A stretch of DNA of 44,505 nucleotides from Phycisphaerae bacterium SM23_30 (lineage in GTDB: Bacteria > Planctomycetota > Phycisphaerae > Sedimentisphaerales > SM23-30). The stretch lies in the NCBI GenBank assembly GCA_001303695.1, contig LJUC01000030.1, positions 1 to 44,505 on the forward strand. Direction: 5' to 3'. Position numbers and translations under genes: made by a program. The stretch's first letter is position 1. Every line of letters starts with the position of its first letter. A model generated the notes under the pieces. It saw nothing but the letters and a program-made list of their open reading frames with translations, was not told the DNA's origin and did no database searches. Below, one piece after another: positions 31,475 to 40,639 of this stretch.

Positions 31475-33226
31475 ATGATGCGTAAGTATTTCACAAAGCT
31501 GATGTTATCACTATTTTTACTTGCAATTTGTAGTTGTAAGGAATCCGATTGGGGGCAGTCACTGAAAGGATACGGTACTACCGCGGATCTGGTGATTACC
31601 AATGCGAAGATTGTGACGATTGATAAGGAGAGGCCGCAGGCAGAGGCAGTGGCGTTTTTGGGGGAGGAGATTATGGCGGTGGGAACCGATGCGGCGATTG
31701 AGAAGTTTATTGAGGAAGGAACCACCGAAGTTATTGACGCAGGGGGCAGGCTGGTGATACCGGGATTCAATGATGCACATACGCATTTTAATGCGCTAGA
31801 TCCGGATTATATTGATTTGAGGTATATAACGGATCCGGCGCTTATCACCGAGCGGGTGAAGGCGCAAGTAGCGAAAGTGGAGCCGGGGGTGTTGATCGAG
31901 GGGGGCCGGTGGGAGCATGAGATGTTTTATAACAAGCAATGGCCGAGCAAGGAGTTGCTCGATCCGGTGGCGCCTGATAATCCGGTGGTGTTGACCCGGG
32001 CGGACGGTCATTCTTACCTGGTGAACAGTTACGTACTTAAATTATCGGGAATAACCAAAGACACGCCGGATCCTGCCGGAGGAGAGATTCAGCGGGATCC
32101 GGCGACGGGCGAACCCACGGGGATAGTTAAAGAAACGGCACGACTGCTGATTAAAACCGGTGTTCAGGAGGAGACTTTATCTCCCGAAGAGCAAGTACAA
32201 AAATCGATGCGGGAATGGCAGGCGGCATTTGATATGGCCAAGCACTTGGGAGTGACTTCAGTGCAAATCGTAAAGTCGTCAACGCAGCCGGGGGGGTATA
32301 TCGATCCGACGATGTATGACAAGTTTCGTGCGGTTGGCAAGCTGACGCTGCGGGTATATTTTTCGGGGTGGTTGACGGCGGACGAAGAGGAATTGGCAGA
32401 ATATCAGACGTTGAAGGAGAAGTATCCGCTGGGGGACAACTGGATAAGGTTCGGGATGCTGAAGGGTTTTATCGACGGTACGCTGGGTTCGGGGACGGCT
32501 TTATTCTTTGAGCCGTTTGCGGATGAGCCGGACAAGTCGGGTTTGCCGCAAATGCCCTATGAAGAACTGGAAAAAAGGGTATTAGCGGCGGACAAGGCGG
32601 GATTTCAAATTGCCATTCATGCTATTGGTGATAAGGGCAATCACTGGATACTTAACGCTTTCGAAAAAGCGCAAGAAGTTAACGGCAAGCGGGACAGCCG
32701 GCATCGCAGTGAGCACGCGCAAATTATTCGCGCGGACGATATACCGCGTTTTGCCGAGCTGGGCGTTATACCATCGATGCAGCCGACGCACTGTATTACC
32801 GACAAACGCTTTGCGGAAAAACGGATCGGGCTCAAGCGCTGCAAGGGGGCATATGCCTGGCGGAGCTTGCTGGATGTGGAGGCCAAAATTGCCTTTGGAA
32901 CTGATTATGCGGTGGAGCCTTTGGATCCAATGGAGGGGCTTTATGCCGCGGTGACGCGGAAAGATCGCCAGGGTGAGCCGGGCGAGGGGTGGTTTTGCGA
33001 GCAGAAACTGACGATGGAAGAAGCGATCGAATTATATACGCTGGGATCGGCATATGCGGAATTCATGGAAGACCGCAAGGGGATGATCAAAGAAGGTTAC
33101 CTGGGCGATGTGGTTATCCTTAACCAGGATTTGATGACTATCGCTCCGGAAGAGATTATGAAGACCAAGGTGGATTACACCATTTTGGGAGGCAAGGTGG
33201 TGTATAAAAGGGAAGGAGCGAGATGA
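31475..33226 (+). CDS. amidohydrolase family 3 (YtcJ/NfdA-like), probable lipoprotein
   Basis: PGFNDAHTH, KGFIDGTLGS, HAIGD, RSEHAQ, SMQP and GTD; signal peptide ending LAICSC; GGAGG RBS. Confidence 0.9.
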   Translation: MMRKYFTKLMLSLFLLAICSCKESDWGQSLKGYGTTADLVITNAKIVTIDKERPQAEAVAFLGEEIMAVGTDAAIEKFIEEGTTEVIDAGGRLVIPGFNDAHTHFNALDPDYIDLRYITDPALITERVKAQVAKVEPGVLIEGGRWEHEMFYNKQWPSKELLDPVAPDNPVVLTRADGHSYLVNSYVLKLSGITKDTPDPAGGEIQRDPATGEPTGIVKETARLLIKTGVQEETLSPEEQVQKSMREWQAAFDMAKHLGVTSVQIVKSSTQPGGYIDPTMYDKFRAVGKLTLRVYFSGWLTADEEELAEYQTLKEKYPLGDNWIRFGMLKGFIDGTLGSGTALFFEPFADEPDKSGLPQMPYEELEKRVLAADKAGFQIAIHAIGDKGNHWILNAFEKAQEVNGKRDSRHRSEHAQIIRADDIPRFAELGVIPSMQPTHCITDKRFAEKRIGLKRCKGAYAWRSLLDVEAKIAFGTDYAVEPLDPMEGLYAAVTRKDRQGEPGEGWFCEQKLTMEEAIELYTLGSAYAEFMEDRKGMIKEGYLGDVVILNQDLMTIAPEEIMKTKVDYTILGGKVVYKREGAR

Positions 33227-33273
33227 CGCACGTGGGGCAAAGCCTCACCCTGCGAATATAACACCCCCGGCGA

Positions 33274-33296
33274 TCCCCTCTCGGGAGGGGACTTTT
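33274..33296 (+). repeat. REP/terminator-like hairpin TCCCCTC-TCGG-GAGGGGA-CTTTT
   Basis: 7-bp perfect stem followed by a short T run, between the amidohydrolase paralogs. Confidence 0.5.
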
Positions 33297-33298
33297 AA

Positions 33299-33337
33299 AA
33301 TGACGAATGACGAAACCAGAATGACAAATAACGAAAT
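33299..33337 (+). repeat. degenerate 7-nt (AATGACG) tandem repeat, copy 1
   Basis: AATGACGAATGACGAAACCAGAATGACAAATAACGAA; aligns with 35048-35097. Confidence 0.65.
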
Positions 33338-33351
33338 ATGGGAGAGTAATT

Positions 33352-35052
33352 ATGTCCGGCTGCAGATCGTTTTATTTTTTGAGCGGGATTTTTTTAGGGA
33401 TCATTTGCCTGTTTTTGACGGCCGGGTGCGGCGGATCAAGCGATGCGCTGTTGGCGGATATAATTTTTGTCAACGGTCATATAGTAACAATGGATGAGAA
33501 CAATCCGGAGGTGGAAGCGATGGCAGTAAGGGCGGGGAAAATCATAGCTGTCGGCACCACCGAAGAGATGGAGAGATCGTTTTTCTATCCGGAACTTGTG
33601 GATCTCAAAGGTAAAACGTTGATGCCGGGAATTATCGAATCACACGGGCATTTACTGACGTTAGGGGAGAGTTTTTTAAAACTCAACGTCATGGGAGTCG
33701 AGACACCCGATGAAGTGGTTGAAAAAGTCAAAGAACAATTACAAAACATCCCCACAGGCCAATGGTTAATAGGTTGGGGCTGGGATGACGGCGCCTGGGC
33801 CGACAATTATCCGACCAACGAAAAGCTCAACGCAGTGTCGCCGGATAATCCGACATTATTGAACGGATTGCATGGTTTCGCCTTATGGGCTAACGATAAG
33901 GCACTGGAGATCGCCGGTATCACCAAAGACACGCCGAACCCGCCCAATGGTATCATTTTTAAAGATGTTCAAACCGGTCGGCCTACGGGCATCCTAAAAG
34001 ATCAAGCCCAGCAGTTATTGACCAAATACATACCGCCATTGAGCCGCCAGCAGTTGGAAGAGGCGCTGCGTCTGGCAATCGACGAATGCGTAAGATACGG
34101 CTGCACCAGCGTACATGAAGCCAAAACCTCAGGGGAAATGGTGGAAGTATTCAAGAACCTGAAGAAGAAAGACGAGCTTAAAAGTCGTATCTACGTTATG
34201 CTCGACGGGGCGGATGCGGAACTTATCGATCCTTATCTAAGAAAAGGCCCGGTGATCGATCCGGATCATATGTTGACGATTCGATGTATCAAAATTTTTG
34301 TAGATGGGGCACTGGGCTCGCGCGGAGCGGCGATGCTGAAGCCTTACAGCGACGCACCCGAGGAGACCGGGGAGATTGTTACAACTGAAGATGAGCTGTA
34401 TAGCCTGACCAAACGCGCACTACAAAAGGGTTTACAGATGGCCATACATGCCATCGGCGACCGGGGCAACCGGATAACGTTAAATGCTTTCCGCCGGGCT
34501 CTCAAAGAAGTCCCCAAAGCAAAGGACCATCGTCTGCGGCTGGAACACGCCCAGGTAGTGGCATTGGAGGATATATCCCAATTTGCTCCTTTAGGAGTGG
34601 TTTTGAGTATGCAGCCGCCGCATGCGACTTCCGATATGGGCTGGGCGGAGACGCGGGTGGGGCCGGAACGGATTAAAGGGGCTTATGCCTGGCGGTCATT
34701 TGCAGATTCGGGGGTGCATTTAACGCTTAATTCTGATTTTCCGGGCGAGACGCTAAATCCGTTTTACGGGATGTACGCAGCCCTGACGCGACAAAGTCCG
34801 GAGGGCGAACCGGCCGGAGGCTGGTATCCGGAGCAATGTCTTACGCGGGAAGAAGTATTAAGAGGCTATACCGTGGAAGCGGCGTATTCCGGATTTGAAG
34901 AGGGAATTAAAGGACAGATCAAGCCGGGGATGCTGGCTGATCTTATTGTGCTTTCGGATGATATTCTGATGATTAGTCCGCGGGAGTTTTTATCGCTGGA
35001 AGTGGAACAGACCTATTTGGGCGGGAAATTGGTATATGAGAAAGAAAAATGA
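33352..35052 (+). CDS. amidohydrolase family 3 (YtcJ/NfdA-like) lipoprotein, paralog 2
   Basis: PGIIESHGH, KIFVDGALGSRGAA, HAIGD, RLEHAQ and NSD; lipobox LTAGC. Confidence 0.9.
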   Translation: MSGCRSFYFLSGIFLGIICLFLTAGCGGSSDALLADIIFVNGHIVTMDENNPEVEAMAVRAGKIIAVGTTEEMERSFFYPELVDLKGKTLMPGIIESHGHLLTLGESFLKLNVMGVETPDEVVEKVKEQLQNIPTGQWLIGWGWDDGAWADNYPTNEKLNAVSPDNPTLLNGLHGFALWANDKALEIAGITKDTPNPPNGIIFKDVQTGRPTGILKDQAQQLLTKYIPPLSRQQLEEALRLAIDECVRYGCTSVHEAKTSGEMVEVFKNLKKKDELKSRIYVMLDGADAELIDPYLRKGPVIDPDHMLTIRCIKIFVDGALGSRGAAMLKPYSDAPEETGEIVTTEDELYSLTKRALQKGLQMAIHAIGDRGNRITLNAFRRALKEVPKAKDHRLRLEHAQVVALEDISQFAPLGVVLSMQPPHATSDMGWAETRVGPERIKGAYAWRSFADSGVHLTLNSDFPGETLNPFYGMYAALTRQSPEGEPAGGWYPEQCLTREEVLRGYTVEAAYSGFEEGIKGQIKPGMLADLIVLSDDILMISPREFLSLEVEQTYLGGKLVYEKEK

Positions 35053-35097
35053 CGAAAGACGAAACTCGAATGACGAATTAATGACGAATATCGAATT
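35048..35097 (+). repeat. degenerate 7-nt (AATGACG) tandem repeat, copy 2
   Basis: AATGACGAAAGACGAAACTCGAATGACGAATTAATGACGAATATCGAAT; overlaps the stop codon of the preceding CDS. Confidence 0.65.
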
Positions 35098-35209
35098 TTA
35101 AATATGGAGCGAAAGGTGTGGAGAACAAAGGATGCCCCCTCTTTTACGGTCGGGGCTGGTTGAATGTTCAATTTTGGATAAACAGGTAAATTATTGAGAG
35201 GAAGAAAAC

Positions 35210-37960
35210 ATGAGAAACTACAAACGACAAGTGTTGTTGGTGCTGGTTATGACGCTGTTGCTGGGCCCGGTTATGTCAGGGGCCCAGGGAAGTGATGAGA
35301 AGAAGCCGCTTTCCTTTGAAGATTACAGCCGCTGGCGAAGCATCAGCTCGACGGCCATCTCCGAGGATGGCAACTGGATTACCTATGCTTATGCCGCCCG
35401 CGATAAGGATGGAACGTTGTACATCAAACATCTAACGAGTGACAAGGTCATTGAAGTCGAGCGGGGTTCGGCGCCGCGTTTTTCCGACGACAGCCGCTGG
35501 GTGGCTTATAACATCAATCCGCCGGTAAGGAAACCGGGTGAGCGGCGCGGGCAACAGCCGGGCGGGCAGCCTCAGCAGCCGGGCCAGAGGGGTCAACGAG
35601 GCCCTTCCGAGCCGCGCAAGGTGGAACTTTTGGATCTTTCCACCGGGGACAAATATACAGTGGAGAATGTGTCATCTTTTAGCTTTTCCAAAGGATCGAA
35701 TTTTTTCACGGTCAGAAAAGCCAAAGCCGATCCGCAGGCCCAAGGCCGAGGCACCGATCTTCTGCTGCGTAATCTAAAAACCGGCATGAACGAGTTGATC
35801 GGCAATGTAACACAGTTTGCCTTTAATAAGCCGGGGACGCTACTGGCTTATGTTATTGACGTACCCGATAAAGCCGGCAATGGACTCTATCTGATCGACC
35901 TGGCCGCCAGCGTGCGAAAACCGCTGGATACCGACAAAGCGGTTTATGAACACCTCACCTGGGACGAAGAAGGCACGGCCCTGGCGGTATTAAAAGGTGA
36001 CGAAAAGGAAGGATTCACGCAAAAGGAAAATGCCCTGCTGGCCTTTACCGGATTAGACCAAGCCCAGCCGGAAAAGATAGTATATGATCCGACCACGGCG
36101 TTTGATTTTCCCAAGGATACGGTAATCAGTGAAAAGGCGGGATTTTCCTGGAGTGAGGATCTGAGCAAGGTATTTTTCGGGATAAAAGAACAGGAAAAAG
36201 AACCGCAAGAGAAAGAAGACGCTGAACCGGTAGCCGACGTCGATATCTGGCACTGGCAGGACGACCGGATTCAATCGGTGCAGATGATTCAGGCGAATCG
36301 GGATCGCAATTTCACTTATCAGGCGGTTTTCAATCTCGACACCAAGCGGTTTGTACGGCTGACGGATGAAAAGATGCGGCGGATCAGTTTGACGCGGGAC
36401 GGCAACTGGGGCATCGGCCAGGACGACAGCGCGTATATCTCCGACTGGAAACCATCTTTGGCTGATTACTACCGGGTAGATGTCAATACGGGCGAGCGAA
36501 CGTTGATGTTCAAGGGGCACGAGCGGACGATGGGATTGTCGCCGGACAGCAAGCATTTTCTTTACTGGAAGAACAGCAACGTATGGGATTATAAGATCGA
36601 AAGCGGCGAGTCGGTTAATCTAACGAAATCGGCGCCGGTTAATTTCAGCAATGACGAATATGACCATCCAGGGGAGATACCGCCTTACGGGGTGACGGGC
36701 TGGACCAAGGACGGCGAGTCGGTGATATTGACGCACAAGTATGACCTATACTTACAGCCGCTGGACGGCGGCGAGGCAAGGAACCTCACCAATGGATACG
36801 GCGATAAGAACGAGATTCGTTTCCGCTACGTCAGGTTGGATCCGGAAGAAAGGTTTATAGATTTGTCAAAGCCGATTCTGCTGTCGGCGTTTGGCCAGTG
36901 GACGAAAAAGGCCGGCTACTACGAACTAAATGATAGCCGACTCGAACAATTGATATATGAAGACAAGAAATTCGGCCAGCTGACCAAAGCCAAAAACGCC
37001 GACAAATTAATGTACACCATCGAGACCTTCGCTGATTTTCCGGATTACTACATCAGCGACACGAGTTTTACTTATCCCAAGCGGGTAACCGACGCCAATC
37101 CCTGGCAGTCAGAATACATCTGGGGACACCGGATACAGTTCGACTTCGAAAATAAAAGCGGGGTGCGGCTGCAGGGGACGTTAGCGATACCAGATACTTA
37201 TGAAGAAGGTCAGAAACTGCCTATGCACGTCAATTTTTATGAGAAGAATTCACAGAACCTTCACAGTTACACGGCGCCGCGTCATGCGGGTTCGCCTAAT
37301 TTTGCCGGGATGGTCAGCAACGGTTACCTGGTGATGCAGCCGGACATTCATTTCAACACCGGCACCTCGCACAGCGATATGCTGGAGTGCGTGGAGGCGG
37401 CGGTGCAAAAGGTGATCGATATGGGTTATGCCGATCCCAAGGCCGTCAGCCTGCACGGGCACAGTTACAGCGGCCAGGGTTCGGCGTATATCTCCACACG
37501 GTCAAAGATGTTCGCGGCGATTGTCTATGGGGCCGGGGCCACCAATTTGATCAGTGATTTCAACCAGCTCTGGAAATCGGCGGGCACCAATCAGCATCGA
37601 TATGATATTTACGGCCAGGGGCGTTTCGGCACCAATCCCTATGATGATCGAGAGCTATACGAGCATGAATCGGCGGTTTTCAACGCGCGGTCGATGGATA
37701 CGCCGCTTTTGATTATGCACGGCACCGAGGACGGCTCGGTGGAATGGCTGCAGGCGATTGAGTTTTACAACGCCCTGCGCTTCAATAACAAGCCGGTAAT
37801 TCTGCTGTCCTATCCGGGAGAAGGGCACGGCCTGGGGAGGCTGGAAAATCAGAAAGACTTCCAGCTTCGCACCCGCCAGTTTCTCGATCATTATCTCAAA
37901 GGCAAAGAAGCCCCGAACTGGATGACCAAAGGCGTACCGTTTATCAAGAAGAAAAAATAA
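35210..37960 (+). CDS. secreted S9 family (prolyl oligopeptidase/acylaminoacyl peptidase-like) serine peptidase
   Basis: Signal peptide, beta-propeller-like N-terminus, GHSYSG nucleophile, HGTEDGSV (Asp) and YPGEGHG (His). Confidence 0.9.
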   Translation: MRNYKRQVLLVLVMTLLLGPVMSGAQGSDEKKPLSFEDYSRWRSISSTAISEDGNWITYAYAARDKDGTLYIKHLTSDKVIEVERGSAPRFSDDSRWVAYNINPPVRKPGERRGQQPGGQPQQPGQRGQRGPSEPRKVELLDLSTGDKYTVENVSSFSFSKGSNFFTVRKAKADPQAQGRGTDLLLRNLKTGMNELIGNVTQFAFNKPGTLLAYVIDVPDKAGNGLYLIDLAASVRKPLDTDKAVYEHLTWDEEGTALAVLKGDEKEGFTQKENALLAFTGLDQAQPEKIVYDPTTAFDFPKDTVISEKAGFSWSEDLSKVFFGIKEQEKEPQEKEDAEPVADVDIWHWQDDRIQSVQMIQANRDRNFTYQAVFNLDTKRFVRLTDEKMRRISLTRDGNWGIGQDDSAYISDWKPSLADYYRVDVNTGERTLMFKGHERTMGLSPDSKHFLYWKNSNVWDYKIESGESVNLTKSAPVNFSNDEYDHPGEIPPYGVTGWTKDGESVILTHKYDLYLQPLDGGEARNLTNGYGDKNEIRFRYVRLDPEERFIDLSKPILLSAFGQWTKKAGYYELNDSRLEQLIYEDKKFGQLTKAKNADKLMYTIETFADFPDYYISDTSFTYPKRVTDANPWQSEYIWGHRIQFDFENKSGVRLQGTLAIPDTYEEGQKLPMHVNFYEKNSQNLHSYTAPRHAGSPNFAGMVSNGYLVMQPDIHFNTGTSHSDMLECVEAAVQKVIDMGYADPKAVSLHGHSYSGQGSAYISTRSKMFAAIVYGAGATNLISDFNQLWKSAGTNQHRYDIYGQGRFGTNPYDDRELYEHESAVFNARSMDTPLLIMHGTEDGSVEWLQAIEFYNALRFNNKPVILLSYPGEGHGLGRLENQKDFQLRTRQFLDHYLKGKEAPNWMTKGVPFIKKKK

Positions 37961-38049
37961 AGGAGAACTATAAAGTAGTCACTCCAAATAACATCCGGCA
38001 TAAACATACCCAAGCACAGTATGGGCATGATGCTTTTCCTGCTTGCTGG

Positions 38050-38099
38050 GCGGTTGAGTATATAAGTAGATGAGTAGAGGGGTAGATGAGTGTATGAGT
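38050..38099 (+). repeat. degenerate 8-nt period tandem repeat (GTAGATGA-like, x6)
   Basis: GCGGTTGA GTATATAA GTAGATGA GTAGAGGG GTAGATGA GTGTATGA GT. Confidence 0.6.
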
Positions 38100-38131
38100 T
38101 TTAGGTACTGCTGCGCGATGTTGTTTTCAAC

Positions 38132-38158
38132 AGATTTTTCGCTGCGCTCGGAATGACA
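38132..38158. repeat. REP-like element (reverse complement TGTCATTCCGAGCGCAGCGAAAAATCT)
   Basis: Shares the GGAATGAC end with the element at 1291-1317; resembles a widespread intergenic palindromic repeat. Confidence 0.5.
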
Positions 38159-38168
38159 ATAGAAGTCA

Positions 38169-39515
38169 ATGACGGGAGAGAGCTCCAAATTACGACGGGT
38201 GATCGGCCTGCCGCAGGCGACGGCGATGGTAGCCGGGACCATCATCGGAGCATCGATTTTTATTCAGCCATCGGAAATAACCGGCCAGGTCCCCTCGATC
38301 GCCGGCGTGTTTGGGGTCTGGCTGGTCAGCGGCATATTGACCTTTTTCGGGGCTTTGGTTTGCGCCGAACTGGCGTCGATTTTTACCCAAACCGGCGGGG
38401 TATATGTCTATTTAAAAGAGTCTTTTCATCCCGCGCTGGGATTTTTGTGGGGCTGGGCCATGCTGGTAAGCATGCATTCGGGGATCATCGCCGCCATTGC
38501 TAATGTATTCGCCCGCTATACCAACTTCTTTTTCCATCAGGGTGATAATTTTGTCAGAGTAGTGGCCATAGCAATAATTTTACTGCTCTCGGCAATTAAT
38601 TACTTAGGCGTTAAACAAGGCAGCACCCTGCAAACACTTTTCACTATGGGGAAAATCCTGGCTATTTTGTTTATTATCATTATAGGCTTTACGCTGGGCT
38701 CAAGGATTCCGGAGCATTTTATTACCGAAAACCTAGAGGACAACACCGTCTCAACCAGCAGTTTTCTGCAGGCGCTGGTGGCGGGTTTATTTGCCTTTGG
38801 CGGCTGGCACATGGTCACCTATAACTCCGAGGAGACCGTCAACCCGCGCCAAACCATTCCTCGCGCTTTAATGGCAGGTACTTTAATTGTGACCGTGTGT
38901 TACATCGCCTTGAATGCAGTGTACATGTATGTTTTGCCTCTGGATAAAGTAGCATCCTCCCAGCAAATTGCCGCCGACGCCGCTGATGCCGTATTGGGTC
39001 GCGGCGGCGGGGCGTTCATGTCCGGCTTGGTAATGTTTTCCACCGCCGGGGCCTTAACCGGGATTATCCTTTGCGGCCCCAGGGTTTATTACGCCATGGC
39101 GCAAGATGGTTTGTTGTTTAAGTGGGTAGGCGAAATACATCCCCGATATAAAACTCCGCACCGGGCTATCATGATTCAGGCCCTCTGGTCCTCGATCCTA
39201 GTGGCCACGGGGACCTACAAACAACTTTTCACCCGGGTAGTCTATAGCGAATGGATATTCTTTGGCTTGATGGCCGTCGGCTTGTTTGTATTTCGACGGC
39301 GTCCGGAACTAAAGAGGGATTATAAAATATGGGGCTATCCGGTAATCCCGGCGATTTTTATCATTTCATCGTTCGCTATTGTCATTAACCAGGTTATTTC
39401 CGAACCTAATGAGAGCATTTTCGGGCTTTCCATAGTGCTGGTTGGTTTACCGATCTATTTTTTGTGGGTCTATAGGGCCAGAAATAAAGAAAAACAGAAG
39501 GAGTTTAAGGCATGA
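38169..39515 (+). CDS. APC-superfamily amino acid permease (LAT/SteT-like)
   Basis: GTIIGASIF, AELAS..GGVYVYL, FAFGGW, EETVNP, RVYYAMAQDG and HPRYKTP; ~12 hydrophobic segments. Confidence 0.92.
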   Translation: MTGESSKLRRVIGLPQATAMVAGTIIGASIFIQPSEITGQVPSIAGVFGVWLVSGILTFFGALVCAELASIFTQTGGVYVYLKESFHPALGFLWGWAMLVSMHSGIIAAIANVFARYTNFFFHQGDNFVRVVAIAIILLLSAINYLGVKQGSTLQTLFTMGKILAILFIIIIGFTLGSRIPEHFITENLEDNTVSTSSFLQALVAGLFAFGGWHMVTYNSEETVNPRQTIPRALMAGTLIVTVCYIALNAVYMYVLPLDKVASSQQIAADAADAVLGRGGGAFMSGLVMFSTAGALTGIILCGPRVYYAMAQDGLLFKWVGEIHPRYKTPHRAIMIQALWSSILVATGTYKQLFTRVVYSEWIFFGLMAVGLFVFRRRPELKRDYKIWGYPVIPAIFIISSFAIVINQVISEPNESIFGLSIVLVGLPIYFLWVYRARNKEKQKEFKA

Positions 39516-40492
39516 CCATTATTGATTTTCATAATCATTTTTATCCCGCGGAATATTTAAAAGCCTTAGAGACCGGGCCTAGTAATATAAAAATAACCCA
39601 TGATGATGACGGCAATCCGCTTTTGCATTATCCCGGCGATTACAACATTCTGGTGCCCAGTCACCGGGATATTGAGCATCGAGCCAGTGTTCTGGAAAAG
39701 GTAGGCGTGGATAAGCAGATTCTCACCTTCACCACGCCGGGCACCCATATTGAGACGCTGGAACGTTCGGTGGAGCTGGCGAAAATTGTCAATGACGGTT
39801 TTGCTGAGATTATGACGGAGCACAGCGATCGCTTTACGGCATTGGCGACACTGCCCATGAATGATATCGAAGCTTCGGTTGCCGAATTGGAGCGGGCTTT
39901 TAATGAGCTGGGTTTTAAGGGCGTTACGGTTTACAGCAACATCAATGGCGTGGCCTTGAGCGATGAAAGGTTTTGGCCTATATATGAAAAGGCTAATGAA
40001 CTGGGGGCCGTATTCGATATTCATCCTCACTTTCCCGTCGGTGTGGAGGCCATGACGGAATACTGGCTCATGCCCTTGGTGGGATTTACTTTTGATACCA
40101 CCCTAGCGGCGGCCAAGCTGGTTTTCAGCGGGGTAGCGGAAAAATTTCCCAATATCCGATGGGTGCTAAGCCATCTGGGCGGCGCCATTCCTTATCTGGC
40201 GGAAAGACTCGATCGGGGATACTACGCCTTCAAGGAATGTCGAGCATACATCGGCAAACCCCCCAGTGAATATCTCAAACAGTTTTACTTCGACAGTGTA
40301 AACTTCGATTTAAATTGCCTGAATTTGGCTATCAAATTCGCCGGGGCCGATCATATCGTGGCCGGCAGCGATTATCCCCATCAGATCGGCAGCCTGGAGA
40401 AAATGGTTGACAGTATTGCAAAATTGGATATTTCTGAAAAGGACAAAGCCGCCATATATGGAGAAAACGCCCGCAAGTTGCTGGAATTATAA
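39512..40492 (+). CDS. amidohydrolase family 2 (ACMSD/aromatic decarboxylase-like), cytoplasmic
   Basis: IDFHNH, IHP, SHLGGAIP..ERLD and GSDYPH; ATGA overlap with the permease. Confidence 0.88.
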   Translation: MTIIDFHNHFYPAEYLKALETGPSNIKITHDDDGNPLLHYPGDYNILVPSHRDIEHRASVLEKVGVDKQILTFTTPGTHIETLERSVELAKIVNDGFAEIMTEHSDRFTALATLPMNDIEASVAELERAFNELGFKGVTVYSNINGVALSDERFWPIYEKANELGAVFDIHPHFPVGVEAMTEYWLMPLVGFTFDTTLAAAKLVFSGVAEKFPNIRWVLSHLGGAIPYLAERLDRGYYAFKECRAYIGKPPSEYLKQFYFDSVNFDLNCLNLAIKFAGADHIVAGSDYPHQIGSLEKMVDSIAKLDISEKDKAAIYGENARKLLEL

Positions 40493-40561
40493 TTTTAAGC
40501 TGGGAGCTTCAAATAAATAAGCTGTTGTTTATAAGTTTTTAGATGATAAATCCAAATCGTT

Positions 40562-40583
40562 ATTCCCGCGCCGGCGCGAATCC
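40562..40583. repeat. degenerate ATTCCC-N8-GGGAAT-type palindrome
   Basis: ATTCCC-GCGCCGGC-GCGAAT-CC, one mismatch. Confidence 0.45.
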
Positions 40584-40639
40584 GGTTTGTTGGCAAAAAT
40601 TGTGTTGGTGTAATAACTTTTTTAAGCAAAGGTAGAATC

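Noticed and set aside
31390-31770. 126-aa minus-strand ORF
   Set aside because: Antisense shadow of the amidohydrolase N-terminus (NPGI mirrors IPGF)
33299-38099. Short repeats as a CRISPR array
   Set aside because: Periods of 7-8 nt, no 25-40-nt repeats with unique spacers, no cas genes
37979-38245. 88-aa minus-strand ORF containing CHSERSEKS, and the 65-aa MTNDE ORF at 33300
   Set aside because: Translations of the repeat elements, overlapping real genes
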